From contig JBEPZY010000008.1 in NCBI GenBank assembly GCA_041640595.1, forward strand, positions 66,566 to 130,565: a stretch of 64,000 bases of DNA. The letters are read 5' to 3'. How positions within the stretch are numbered: the stretch's first letter is position 1; each line of letters starts with the position of its first letter. The position numbers and the translations under genes were made by a program. Positions 56,025 through 64,000 of the stretch are shown in pieces. The DNA is from Gemmatales bacterium (GTDB lineage: Bacteria > Planctomycetota > Planctomycetia > Gemmatales > HRBIN36). The notes under the pieces were generated by a model. The model saw nothing but the letters and a program-made list of their open reading frames with translations, had not been told where the DNA came from and did no database searches.

Positions 56025-56698
56025 GCTGGTTTGGGAAAAGTCTGGTCGTGCTCAACACGATCGTAAGCCTGATTCTGCTGGGTGCCATCACCTGGATGGT
56101 GATAGAACAGCGGGAGTTTGAGGCAGAGCGTCAAAAACGCCAGAGCGAGATCAACAAACAGCGCGAGCAATGGACTAACGTAACCAACACACTCGCAGGA
56201 TTGCTAAAAGAACAGCGCGAAGGTAACCGCCCCTTTGTTTGGACGGAGCGCGTGGAAGACAAGCGAACCGTGCCACAGGAAGTCATCAAAGTTGCCGAGG
56301 CAAGACGCCGGGTTCAAGAACTCGAGCATGGAGGAACGAACATGCCCTCCCTGGCCGACCTGGCGGCACAACTGAAAAAGATTTACGACGAAAGCACTCT
56401 CGAACGGGATAAACTCGACAAAGCACAACAGGAAACCCGTGCACTCGGCGAGCAACTGGCACAGGTTACCGCTGCCGCCGTGCAACTTCAGCCAGCTCCC
56501 GGTAAGCCTGGCCCTGTCGAGGAACTGCAACAGCAACAACGCGAAATTGAGCTGAAGATGCGCGATCTCGAATTGCCGCTCAACCTGGCCCGTCTGCAAC
56601 GGCAAGTGCTGGCGTTTCGCAAAACCCAGCTGAGCAGTCGTCTGCGCGAGTTGCAACGGTTGCTCCAGCTTCCTTCCCTTTCAGCACAACAGGACTAA
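56021..56698 (+). CDS. N-terminally TM-anchored coiled-coil protein (second of pair)
   Basis: ATGA overlap with the upstream gene. TM segment LVVLNTIVSLILLGAITWMVI followed by coiled coil. Confidence 0.7.
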   Translation: MSWFGKSLVVLNTIVSLILLGAITWMVIEQREFEAERQKRQSEINKQREQWTNVTNTLAGLLKEQREGNRPFVWTERVEDKRTVPQEVIKVAEARRRVQELEHGGTNMPSLADLAAQLKKIYDESTLERDKLDKAQQETRALGEQLAQVTAAAVQLQPAPGKPGPVEELQQQQREIELKMRDLELPLNLARLQRQVLAFRKTQLSSRLRELQRLLQLPSLSAQQD

Positions 56699-57212
56699 CC
56701 CGCGGTCAGCACCCTGTCCTCGCCGGCAAGTATTTGTTATTGCATGGAACGCGGTCAACTTCCACACGGCACGGCAACACAATACCACACAGAATCACTA
56801 GGGAACTTTGCCGTAGCCTTCCGCTATTGGCCTCGGCGAGCCTGGTAGCAGGCCCTGCCGGGAGTAGGTTTCTATCTAGATGGTGCCCCAAGAGTAGCGC
56901 GCCATCTCGTCTGCCAGTAAACAATGGTGGCGATAGATTCCATATCGGTGGCGTCCACAGCTACCATCACGGCGGCTGGTCGTACCCGTTGCAGAACATC
57001 TCGCCCACTCCCGCCGCCTGCGCGAGGTGTTTTCGAGTCAGCAAATTGAGGTGGCTAAGAATGCGATGGAGCCGAACGCCAAGGCTCTAACGAGAGTTGG
57101 ACGGAAGCAGAAGAAGCGGGGTCAGACGGAAAATGCCTGAGTCGCTCTGCTCCGGTTAGTAAGCAACCCAGCACGATTGCGGCGGAGAGGTTGACGGACA
57201 AAACGGCAGCGA

Positions 57213-57830
57213 TTACTGCGATCGAGTTAGCAACGTCGGGAGCAGAATTTCCACGGCCCGGCGGACGTATTTGCTGAGGATATCTACTTCCAGGTTGACT
57301 GTTTCGCCCACGCGACGCAGCCCCAACGTCGTGTGTGCAAGCGTGTAGGGAATGAGTGCCACGCTGAAGCGGTCAGGCTGCACCTCAACCAGGGTCAAGC
57401 TAACGCCATCCAGGGCTACCGAACCTTTGGGAACCATGTACGCGAGGAGTTCCGGCGCACAGGTGAACCAGACCAGATCAAAGTCCTGCTGGTGTTGCCG
57501 TGAAAGTACCGTGGCCAGTCCGTCCACATGGCCCTGAACCCAGTGCCCACCCAGCGGAGCACCAAGACGAACCGGACGCTCGAGATTGACTGGTTGGCCA
57601 GGCGATAGCGACCCCAGGTTGGTACGCGACAGGGTTTCCGGCGCCAGGTCGAAATGCAAGTGCTCGCCTTCGACAGCCACCACCGTCAGGCACACCCCGT
57701 TGACTGCCAGGCTATCCCCTGGTCGGAGTTCACGAGCCAGACCGGCGTGGCTGAGAACCAAACGCCGACCGCTGTTATGCTCGCGTAGTTCCACGACCGT
57801 GCCCAGGATTTCGATTATGCCGGTGAACAT
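57213..57830 (-). CDS. ribE: riboflavin synthase alpha chain
   Basis: MFTGIIEILGTV. Duplicated lumazine-binding halves (NGVCLTV / DGVSLTL). Confidence 0.93.
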   Translation of the reverse strand: MFTGIIEILGTVVELREHNSGRRLVLSHAGLARELRPGDSLAVNGVCLTVVAVEGEHLHFDLAPETLSRTNLGSLSPGQPVNLERPVRLGAPLGGHWVQGHVDGLATVLSRQHQQDFDLVWFTCAPELLAYMVPKGSVALDGVSLTLVEVQPDRFSVALIPYTLAHTTLGLRRVGETVNLEVDILSKYVRRAVEILLPTLLTRSQ

Positions 57831-57930
57831 GGCGAATCTCCAGAAGTGTTCTCGATGCCGCTCGCTGGTCTGGCAAGTGAAATGCTACCAGCGCTGAGCT
57901 TTGTATGTTCGGAACCGGCACATGGCATCG

Positions 57931-58800
57931 TTAGCGGTCGGGGCGAACCACCTCAGCTGCTTCGAGAGCTTTAGCGACGGGGCGACGTACAAGCAACCCA
58001 GTTGGCCCCAGGAAAATATACAACCAGCAGAGCCCCACCAGAGCCACTTCCTTCAGCAACACAACCAGGAATCCGGCCAGGATCAACTCGACCAGTTCGG
58101 TAAAAGGTCGGCGTCGGTGCAACAACTTCGTGGCCAGATGCGGATACGGGATTCGCGAGACCATCAGCACAGCGACCAGCGTGGCACCAATCGGAGCCAG
58201 CCAGTGCACTGCCTCGCGTATTTCTTCCGGCAACCAGGGATAAGCCATGGGAGAATAGCGTACCAAAACCAGCGAAGCGAGACAGCCAGCCGCAGCTGGG
58301 GATGGCAGGCCCTGAAAACTGCGATGGCTTTTTGCGTCGAGGCTGGTCTGAACATTGAACCGGGCCAGCCGAAGCACTGCACACACCATGTACAGCAGGG
58401 CAACCAGCAGAAAAATCTCCCCGGCCAGTCGTCCGGAAAAATGACTGCCCAGCTGCAGCACTAAAAAACCCGGTGCCGCTCCGAAACTGATCGCATCACA
58501 AAGGCTGTCGAGTTCGGCGCCAAACTGACTCGCCGTCCGCGACCGCCGTGCCAGATACCCATCGAACATGTCGAAAACCATAGCGGCGAAGATCAACCAT
58601 CCTGCTACGTAAAAAGCGGTCTCGTTGGGCCAATCGGAAGCCAAACCGGCTCCGGTTGCCAGCATGATGGCCGTGAAACCACACGCGGCATTGCCCAGGG
58701 TGCACAGCGTCGGCAAAAGCGCAATTCTTCGCAAAGGCCGGTTCTCCCGTAAGCGCCCGCAGTCCGGTCGGCATGCCCTTACTGCATGACCGTAGGGCAA
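57931..58800 (-). CDS. pssA: CDP-diacylglycerol--serine O-phosphatidyltransferase
   Basis: CDP-alcohol phosphatidyltransferase motif DMFDGYLARRSRTASQFGAELDSLCD in a polytopic protein. Confidence 0.85.
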   Translation of the reverse strand: MPYGHAVRACRPDCGRLRENRPLRRIALLPTLCTLGNAACGFTAIMLATGAGLASDWPNETAFYVAGWLIFAAMVFDMFDGYLARRSRTASQFGAELDSLCDAISFGAAPGFLVLQLGSHFSGRLAGEIFLLVALLYMVCAVLRLARFNVQTSLDAKSHRSFQGLPSPAAAGCLASLVLVRYSPMAYPWLPEEIREAVHWLAPIGATLVAVLMVSRIPYPHLATKLLHRRRPFTELVELILAGFLVVLLKEVALVGLCWLYIFLGPTGLLVRRPVAKALEAAEVVRPDR

Positions 58801-59110
58801 GGATTTGGCATCATTATACTCGATCGAAGAGACGCAATAAAGCAGAATTTATCACGCCCCCATCTGCCCCGGCGAGAGCATGAACCACCCAGGCCGTAAC
58901 CGTGCAGTTTACTAAAGCACCGAACCAGTGGCGGATGTTCGACCAGTAACAGCTATCTGGTCGGTGCAGAAAGCACCAGCGAATCTCCGGTGGCCTGGCT
59001 GCCACTGTGGAAAGGCTAGCTGACACAACGGTAAGCCGTGATTCGATACCAAATACATACCGGGGCGGGACAACCGATGTGCAGGCCGGCCAAGTTCGCA
59101 ATGGGGTGCA

Positions 59111-59212
59111 GGATAACGATTTATTCTGCGTCGGAGCATCGCGCGAGTCCACCAACTGAAGCGGAGGTCGCAACAACGGTAACGATTCATTGAGCGTCGG
59201 AACATCGCACCG
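59111..59212. repeat. intergenic direct-repeat pair, 66-bp period
   Basis: GGATAACGATTTATTCTGCGTCGGAGCATCGCGC (59111) and GGTAACGATTCATTGAGCGTCGGAACATCGCAC (59178). A weaker third copy starts near 59046 (CAACGGTAAGCCGTGATTCG). Confidence 0.75.
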
Positions 59213-59294
59213 GTCAGGATGTTTGATGGGCGTGAGGTTGGCGTGGTTGGTAGCCAGCCGGACTTGACAGGGCCGATAGTTTGTATAGTGTATA

Positions 59295-59304
59295 TGTGTA
59301 CACA
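59295..59304. promoter_or_regulatory. perfect 10-bp palindrome TGTGTACACA in an AT-rich patch upstream of the polymerase cassette
   Basis: Embedded in TTGTATAGTGTATATGTGTACACACATT. TTGACA lies at 59264-59269 and TATAGT at 59284-59289 (a short 14-nt spacer). The patch is about 80 nt upstream of the ATG at 59385. GTATAGTGTA recurs at about 59471. Confidence 0.3.
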
Positions 59305-59384
59305 CATTCAGCGGGATGCTTCGATCCTTCTACCGGCTGGTCAGGTTCTTTTGAAACTGATGCCTTCCGAAGCGGAGTCAGCCG

Positions 59385-60842
59385 ATGACGTGGACAACTG
59401 CTTCGAGTCCCCTGGTCTCTGCGAAGCCAATAACGATCGAGGAGGTCGGCAGCGTAGCGGTTCCCTCTTCGTATAGTGTACGCAGGAACATTATATCTTC
59501 GAGCCACGACCAGGCATGCTTATCAACAAAGCCAGATGTCGCTCCTGACCTGGAATCGTCTGTGCAGGGGCAACCAGCGGACCAGCGCAGCTGCGCCCTG
59601 GAGCTTCAGGATGCGGTTCGAACCTCGCTACGCTCGGACGGACGCATAGTGCTGCACTTAGATATAGACGCCTTTTTTGCATCCGTCGAGCAGTTAACAG
59701 ATTCCCGATTACGGGGTCGGCCGGTCGCGGTAGGCACAGGCGTGGTAGCCAGCTGCAGTTATGAAGCACGCCAGTGGGGTGTACGCACCGCCATGCGCCT
59801 CAGTGAAGCTCGCCGACTTTGCCCGGAACTAATCGTCGTGCCGGGATATTATCCACGCTATGAAGCGATTGCCCGACAGATATTCGCCTTCTGCCAGCAA
59901 TTTACTCCGCAGATCGAATGTGCCGCTCTCGACGATTTTTATTTAGATTTAGGCGCTGCCGATGTTAGTGAGGGAGAACGTATAGGTCGGCAATTGCGCC
60001 AATGGGTGCGGGAGGTGTTGCGACTAAGTTTATCCATCGGTGCCGGAAGTTGCAAACTGGTTGCGGAAGTAGCCACCCATCAGGCAAAGCCCGGTCGTCA
60101 GGTTCAGGTATTTCCAGGGCGCGAACGTGATTACCTGGCACCCTGGCCAGTGACGATTTTACCAGGCGTCGGACCACAAGCTGCGCGTCAGTTAGTTCGG
60201 CTTGGTCTGCGCTATGTGGGGGAACTGGCGCAGGTTTCCGGGCGATTATTAGCGGGTTTGTTCGGCTGGCGCGGACGATGCTGGCATCTATATGCACAGG
60301 GGATCGATCTTCGGCCCGTCCAGCCGCATCACCAACCGCTAAGTATTAGCAGGCGCACCAGTTTTGCACCACCGGAATCGGATCCGATGTTTCTGCGCGC
60401 CATGTTGATTTATCTGCTGGAGCGTGCAGCAAGCTGGATGCGCTGGCAACAACGGCGCGCTGCTGGCTTAGAAGTCGCAGTGCGCTATGGCGACGGTGTT
60501 AGCCTCGCTAAATCATTTCGCCTCCGACCGCCAACCGATCACGACGCCACATTGCGCCCACTGGCATTAGAAGCTTTGGCTCGCTTATTAGAAAGGCGGC
60601 TCCCTATCCAACTATTAGCGGTTACATTACGGCCCTTAGCTCCTCACGACGGTCAGCTCTGGTTATATGGCGATCCCCAGCAGGAGCGGCAGAATCAATT
60701 GCAGCAATGGAAGGACGCCATCCGGCAGCGGTTCGGCCATTTATCTTTGACCAGCGGTGAGGAATTGCTGCTGCTGCTGCTGCAACGTCTGCCCCACGAT
60801 CGGCACCGCTTGATTTTGCGCACTCCGTGTTTGACACGCTGA
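59385..60842 (+). CDS. Y-family DNA polymerase (DinB/ImuB-like) of a dnaE2 mutagenesis cassette
   Basis: GGAG upstream of the ATG. LHLDIDAFFASVEQ, SYEARQWGVRTAMR and ALDDFYLDL (DD where DinB has DE). About 90-aa N-terminal extension. The stop is 13 nt before dnaE2. Confidence 0.88.
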   Translation: MTWTTASSPLVSAKPITIEEVGSVAVPSSYSVRRNIISSSHDQACLSTKPDVAPDLESSVQGQPADQRSCALELQDAVRTSLRSDGRIVLHLDIDAFFASVEQLTDSRLRGRPVAVGTGVVASCSYEARQWGVRTAMRLSEARRLCPELIVVPGYYPRYEAIARQIFAFCQQFTPQIECAALDDFYLDLGAADVSEGERIGRQLRQWVREVLRLSLSIGAGSCKLVAEVATHQAKPGRQVQVFPGRERDYLAPWPVTILPGVGPQAARQLVRLGLRYVGELAQVSGRLLAGLFGWRGRCWHLYAQGIDLRPVQPHHQPLSISRRTSFAPPESDPMFLRAMLIYLLERAASWMRWQQRRAAGLEVAVRYGDGVSLAKSFRLRPPTDHDATLRPLALEALARLLERRLPIQLLAVTLRPLAPHDGQLWLYGDPQQERQNQLQQWKDAIRQRFGHLSLTSGEELLLLLLQRLPHDRHRLILRTPCLTR

Positions 60843-60855
60843 CTGGAAGCTCGAT

Positions 60856-63800
60856 ATGCCGACGCGCCTGGTCGCCTTACATGTTCATAGCTGGTATTCC
60901 CTGCTGGAGGGCGTGGACTCGCCGCAACGGTTGCTGGAAATGGCCGCTGCGCGGGGCTATATAGCACTGGCGTTTACCGATACTAATAACCTTTACGGTG
61001 TGCCGGCCATTTATGATCTGGCCTGGCAATACGGGGTGCGGCCGATTTTTGGCGCATGTTTGCGTCAACCTGAACCGCAGAATGCTTGCCGGCCTGAAGA
61101 AATGCCGGCCACGGATGCACCGATACAGCCAGTCCGTTGCACGGTCCTGATTTCCGAGCCGGAGGGCTATAGCAACCTATGCACTATATTAAGCCGCCTC
61201 CATGTGCACTCTGATCCACTGCCAGAGTTGCTGCTGGAATATCATGAGGGTTTGCAGGTATTAGTGGATAATCCCCAATGGCTTGCGGCATTGCAACCTG
61301 TATGGCGTGAACGTTTGTGGGCGGAGTTGATTCGACCCGGAAGGTCTATAAAGCAAGAACGGGCATTATTAGAAACAGCAGCAGCCCGAGGCATTCGGGT
61401 TGTAGCCAGTTGGGCGGTTCATTTCGCTGAATCACGGGGCTGGGAGGCGTTTCGCCTGCTTCAGGCGATTCGCTATCGGAAAATGGTAGCTCGTTTGCCC
61501 AAACGCCTAGGGGTCACGCCAGCACATTACCTACTTAGCGCAGCAGAAGTATGGCATCGGTTTGCAGACATCCCTGAAGCCCTGGTACATGCAGAACAAC
61601 TGGCGGAACGCTGTCGCTCCGATGTCTTGCCTCGACAATTAGTCGTACCCGCACCGCCGGAATACTGGTCTGGCCCGGCTTCCCAGCAAGCATGCTTGCA
61701 GCAATTACGGCATCGGTGTCTCCAGGCTCTAAGTCAATATCCTGGCGATCTTGATGAAGCTGACGCTCGGTTACAGGAGGAACTAAACATCATCGAACAG
61801 CGTAACCTGGCCGGTTATTTTCTTGTGGTCCACGAAATCGCCCAGGAAGCCCGGCGCCGAGGTTATCCGATGGCCCTGCGTGGTTCTGCGGGAAATTCGC
61901 TGGTATGTTATCTTCTCGGTATTACCGACATAGACCCGCTCCGTTATCGCCTTCCATTGGCGCGTTTTCTGCATGCGGGTCGAGGCGATTTACCAGATAT
62001 AGACCTGGATTTTGACTGGCGTGTTCGGGACGAAATCATGGCCTGGATGGTGCAGCGCTTCGGGGCAGAACATACAGCACAGGTGAGCTCCCATCTGTTT
62101 TTCCAACCTCGTTCCGCCTTTCGTGAAGCTGCCAAGGCCTATGGTTTATCGAACTCGCAAATATCTCGACTTCTGGTCCGTCTGGAGGCACGCCTGGAAA
62201 GCTTAGTAGATAGACAATCCGAACTGTCCAGTACGCCGACATGGCAATTGTTGTGCCAGGCGGGAAAGGAGCTTCTACCGGAAACCTGCTGGGCACGAAT
62301 ATTAGAAGCGACGCACTGGCTTCTCGGCAGACCCTATCATCTTTCCCTGCATCCCGGTGGTATGGTACTTACACCGGATCCGTTGTGTCGGCATGTACCG
62401 CTGCAACGTGCGCCGAAAGGCGTGATCATGACGCAACTGGATAAAGACGGTGTCGAACGCATTGGCTTAGTGAAAATAGATGTTCTGGGGAATCGGGCTT
62501 TAGCCACCTTGACAGAAGCACGATGTTTAGCCGGTTCGAAGGTGCAAATATCCGAAACTGACGCCGACACTTTACGACTCTTACAGCGAGGCGATACCCT
62601 GGGTGTAAATCAACTGGAATCGCCTGCCATGCGTCATTTACTGGTCCAGTATCAACCCCAGACGCGGGACGATCTAATAAATGTGCTGGCCCTGATTCGC
62701 CCGGCAGCAGCATCTATAGGCAATAAAGAGCTGTTTCTTCGCCGACGGCGTGGCTTAGAACCACCGCCGCCATTGTCCGCACAGTTAGAGCCAATCCTGG
62801 GTGAAACCTGCGGGCTGATGATTTTTGAGGACCAGGCACTTTTGGCGATCCAGGCGGTGACGGGTTGGCCAGCGGCTGAGGCCGATCAGTTACGCAAGGC
62901 CATCAGCAATGGCTTGCCTGCCGACCAGGCCGCTGATTGGTGGCAGCGCTTCGTGCGAGCCTGTCGAGTTCAGGGTGTTAGTCGGGAGATCGCCGAGCAC
63001 ATCTGGACGCAACTGGCCCGTTTCAACGCCTATTCTTTCTGCAAAAGCCACGCGGTGAGCTATGGCTGGCTGGCGTGGGAAGTGGCCTGGTATAAGGCCC
63101 ATTATCCCCTGGCATTCTGGACAGCAGCACTTAATAATAACCTGGGCATGTATCCGCTCTGGCTCTATATCGAGGCTATCAAGTGGTCTAATATACACTT
63201 ATTGCCGCCGTGTGTGAATCGCTCGGATCTAACGTTTCGGATAGATGGCGATGGTATTCGCGTGGGTCTGGGTAATATTCGGGGCGTGCCACGGACTATA
63301 TTGACAGCGATTGTGCGAGAACGTGAGCGGCGGGGGCCATTTACCAGTATCCGTGATCTGTGTCGTCGAGTCCATATCGGGCCGGAAGCATTGGCACAAC
63401 TCATTCAGGCGGGGGCATGCGATTTTGCTGGTCTATCTCGTGAGGAACTGTTCTTGGAGGCCAGCTTGTATTTTCGCCGTTATGATGAAACGGCTATCTT
63501 CGCAGGGCACCTGGAGCATCCACCTCCTTTGTTGCCGTGCATAAATCGGGCCCCGGCTCCAGCAACTAAGCAGAGCCTGGCTGAGGCGGTCAGACAATGG
63601 GAGACGCTTGGTTTTGTTATAGAGGTGCCATTGATGGCCCTGTTCCGGCCATGCTTACCGTCTGGTCTGGCCGATAGCCGAGCCCTGCAGGAACCGCCGG
63701 GTGCGCGCCTGACCCTGGCGGGGCTGGTAGCTGCCAGTCGCATTACCACGACGACGGATGGAAAACCCATGCAGTTTCTTACCCTGGCGGATGAATGGGG

Positions 63801-63954
63801 ATTGGTTGAGGTGACGCTATTCCCCGATATCTGCCCTATCCTGGCGAGTCCTGCACTGGGGCCTTATCTGGTCACCGGACAAATTGAGGAGCATCTAGGT
63901 GCTCGTACATTGAGAGCCATTCAAAGACCGGAACTGTGCATGCAGTGTTCCTGA
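60856..63954 (+). CDS. dnaE2: error-prone DNA polymerase III alpha-like, DnaE2
   Basis: 1032 aa (DnaE2-sized). PHP domain LHVHSWYSLLEGV, polymerase core with ...PDIDLDF... and a C-terminal OB region. Tightly linked to the Y-family gene. Confidence 0.92.
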   Translation: MPTRLVALHVHSWYSLLEGVDSPQRLLEMAAARGYIALAFTDTNNLYGVPAIYDLAWQYGVRPIFGACLRQPEPQNACRPEEMPATDAPIQPVRCTVLISEPEGYSNLCTILSRLHVHSDPLPELLLEYHEGLQVLVDNPQWLAALQPVWRERLWAELIRPGRSIKQERALLETAAARGIRVVASWAVHFAESRGWEAFRLLQAIRYRKMVARLPKRLGVTPAHYLLSAAEVWHRFADIPEALVHAEQLAERCRSDVLPRQLVVPAPPEYWSGPASQQACLQQLRHRCLQALSQYPGDLDEADARLQEELNIIEQRNLAGYFLVVHEIAQEARRRGYPMALRGSAGNSLVCYLLGITDIDPLRYRLPLARFLHAGRGDLPDIDLDFDWRVRDEIMAWMVQRFGAEHTAQVSSHLFFQPRSAFREAAKAYGLSNSQISRLLVRLEARLESLVDRQSELSSTPTWQLLCQAGKELLPETCWARILEATHWLLGRPYHLSLHPGGMVLTPDPLCRHVPLQRAPKGVIMTQLDKDGVERIGLVKIDVLGNRALATLTEARCLAGSKVQISETDADTLRLLQRGDTLGVNQLESPAMRHLLVQYQPQTRDDLINVLALIRPAAASIGNKELFLRRRRGLEPPPPLSAQLEPILGETCGLMIFEDQALLAIQAVTGWPAAEADQLRKAISNGLPADQAADWWQRFVRACRVQGVSREIAEHIWTQLARFNAYSFCKSHAVSYGWLAWEVAWYKAHYPLAFWTAALNNNLGMYPLWLYIEAIKWSNIHLLPPCVNRSDLTFRIDGDGIRVGLGNIRGVPRTILTAIVRERERRGPFTSIRDLCRRVHIGPEALAQLIQAGACDFAGLSREELFLEASLYFRRYDETAIFAGHLEHPPPLLPCINRAPAPATKQSLAEAVRQWETLGFVIEVPLMALFRPCLPSGLADSRALQEPPGARLTLAGLVAASRITTTTDGKPMQFLTLADEWGLVEVTLFPDICPILASPALGPYLVTGQIEEHLGARTLRAIQRPELCMQCS

Positions 63955-64000
63955 AGCCATTGCACGAATATCACCCGACGCGCGTCCCGTTACAATCGAA

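Noticed and set aside
56880-57090. Minus-strand fragments resembling an XRE-type HTH (...RILSHLNLLTRKHLAQAAGVGEMF...) and an adjacent short ORF (MESIATIVYWQTRW...), possibly a decayed toxin-antitoxin pair
   Set aside because: There is no usable start codon and stops interrupt every frame within 25-40 codons. At best this is a pseudogene remnant, and it cannot be supported without a homology search.
58801-59384. Expectation of an imuA/imuA' gene upstream of the Y-family polymerase
   Set aside because: No ORF of suitable size or strand exists. The track ORFs 58814-59305(-) and 58912-59307(-) are on the wrong strand and compositionally implausible. The region instead holds a 66-bp repeat pair and an AT-rich palindrome.

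Overview
GC-rich bacterial chromosomal segment. Gene content points to Planctomycetota: a Tat-signal DUF1501 protein, giant secreted multidomain proteins, a DUF255 thioredoxin-like protein and signalling proteins decorated with zinc ribbons. I support about 50 CDS; no rRNA, tRNA, CRISPR array or intact mobile element was found. Most genes are housekeeping: nagA, guaA, folK fusion, ispE, cobA/hemD, spoVG, der, mnmA, ribE, pssA, a metal ABC importer, a Fur-family regulator and dedA. The supplied ORF track uses alternative start codons and often over-extends N-termini. I trimmed several starts using Shine-Dalgarno sequences and domain boundaries, and added three ORFs that are absent from the track. 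Main points of interest: (1) A roughly 1550-aa secreted vWA protein carries a ~133-residue block that is more than half methionine, (MPGMMMG)n. (2) A two-gene operon encodes an orphan P-loop NTPase and a putative double winged-helix protein. Its stop codon sits inside a phased 73/147-bp tandem-repeat array, followed by a 65-bp array and a tiny basic ORF with a strong SD. (3) The array core motif recurs upstream of the giant vWA gene and upstream of the NTPase operon. (4) At least nine intergenic loci carry short direct repeats at 64-74 bp phasing. (5) A 370-bp higher-order tandem array is built from GC hairpins. (6) A Y-family polymerase/DnaE2 cassette has sharply atypical TTA/ATA/CTA-rich codon usage and no imuA. 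(7) An operon encodes a membrane FHA protein, a Ser/Thr kinase with five zinc ribbons and a pseudokinase-PP2C fusion. All functional calls rest on motif recognition by eye; no database search was possible.
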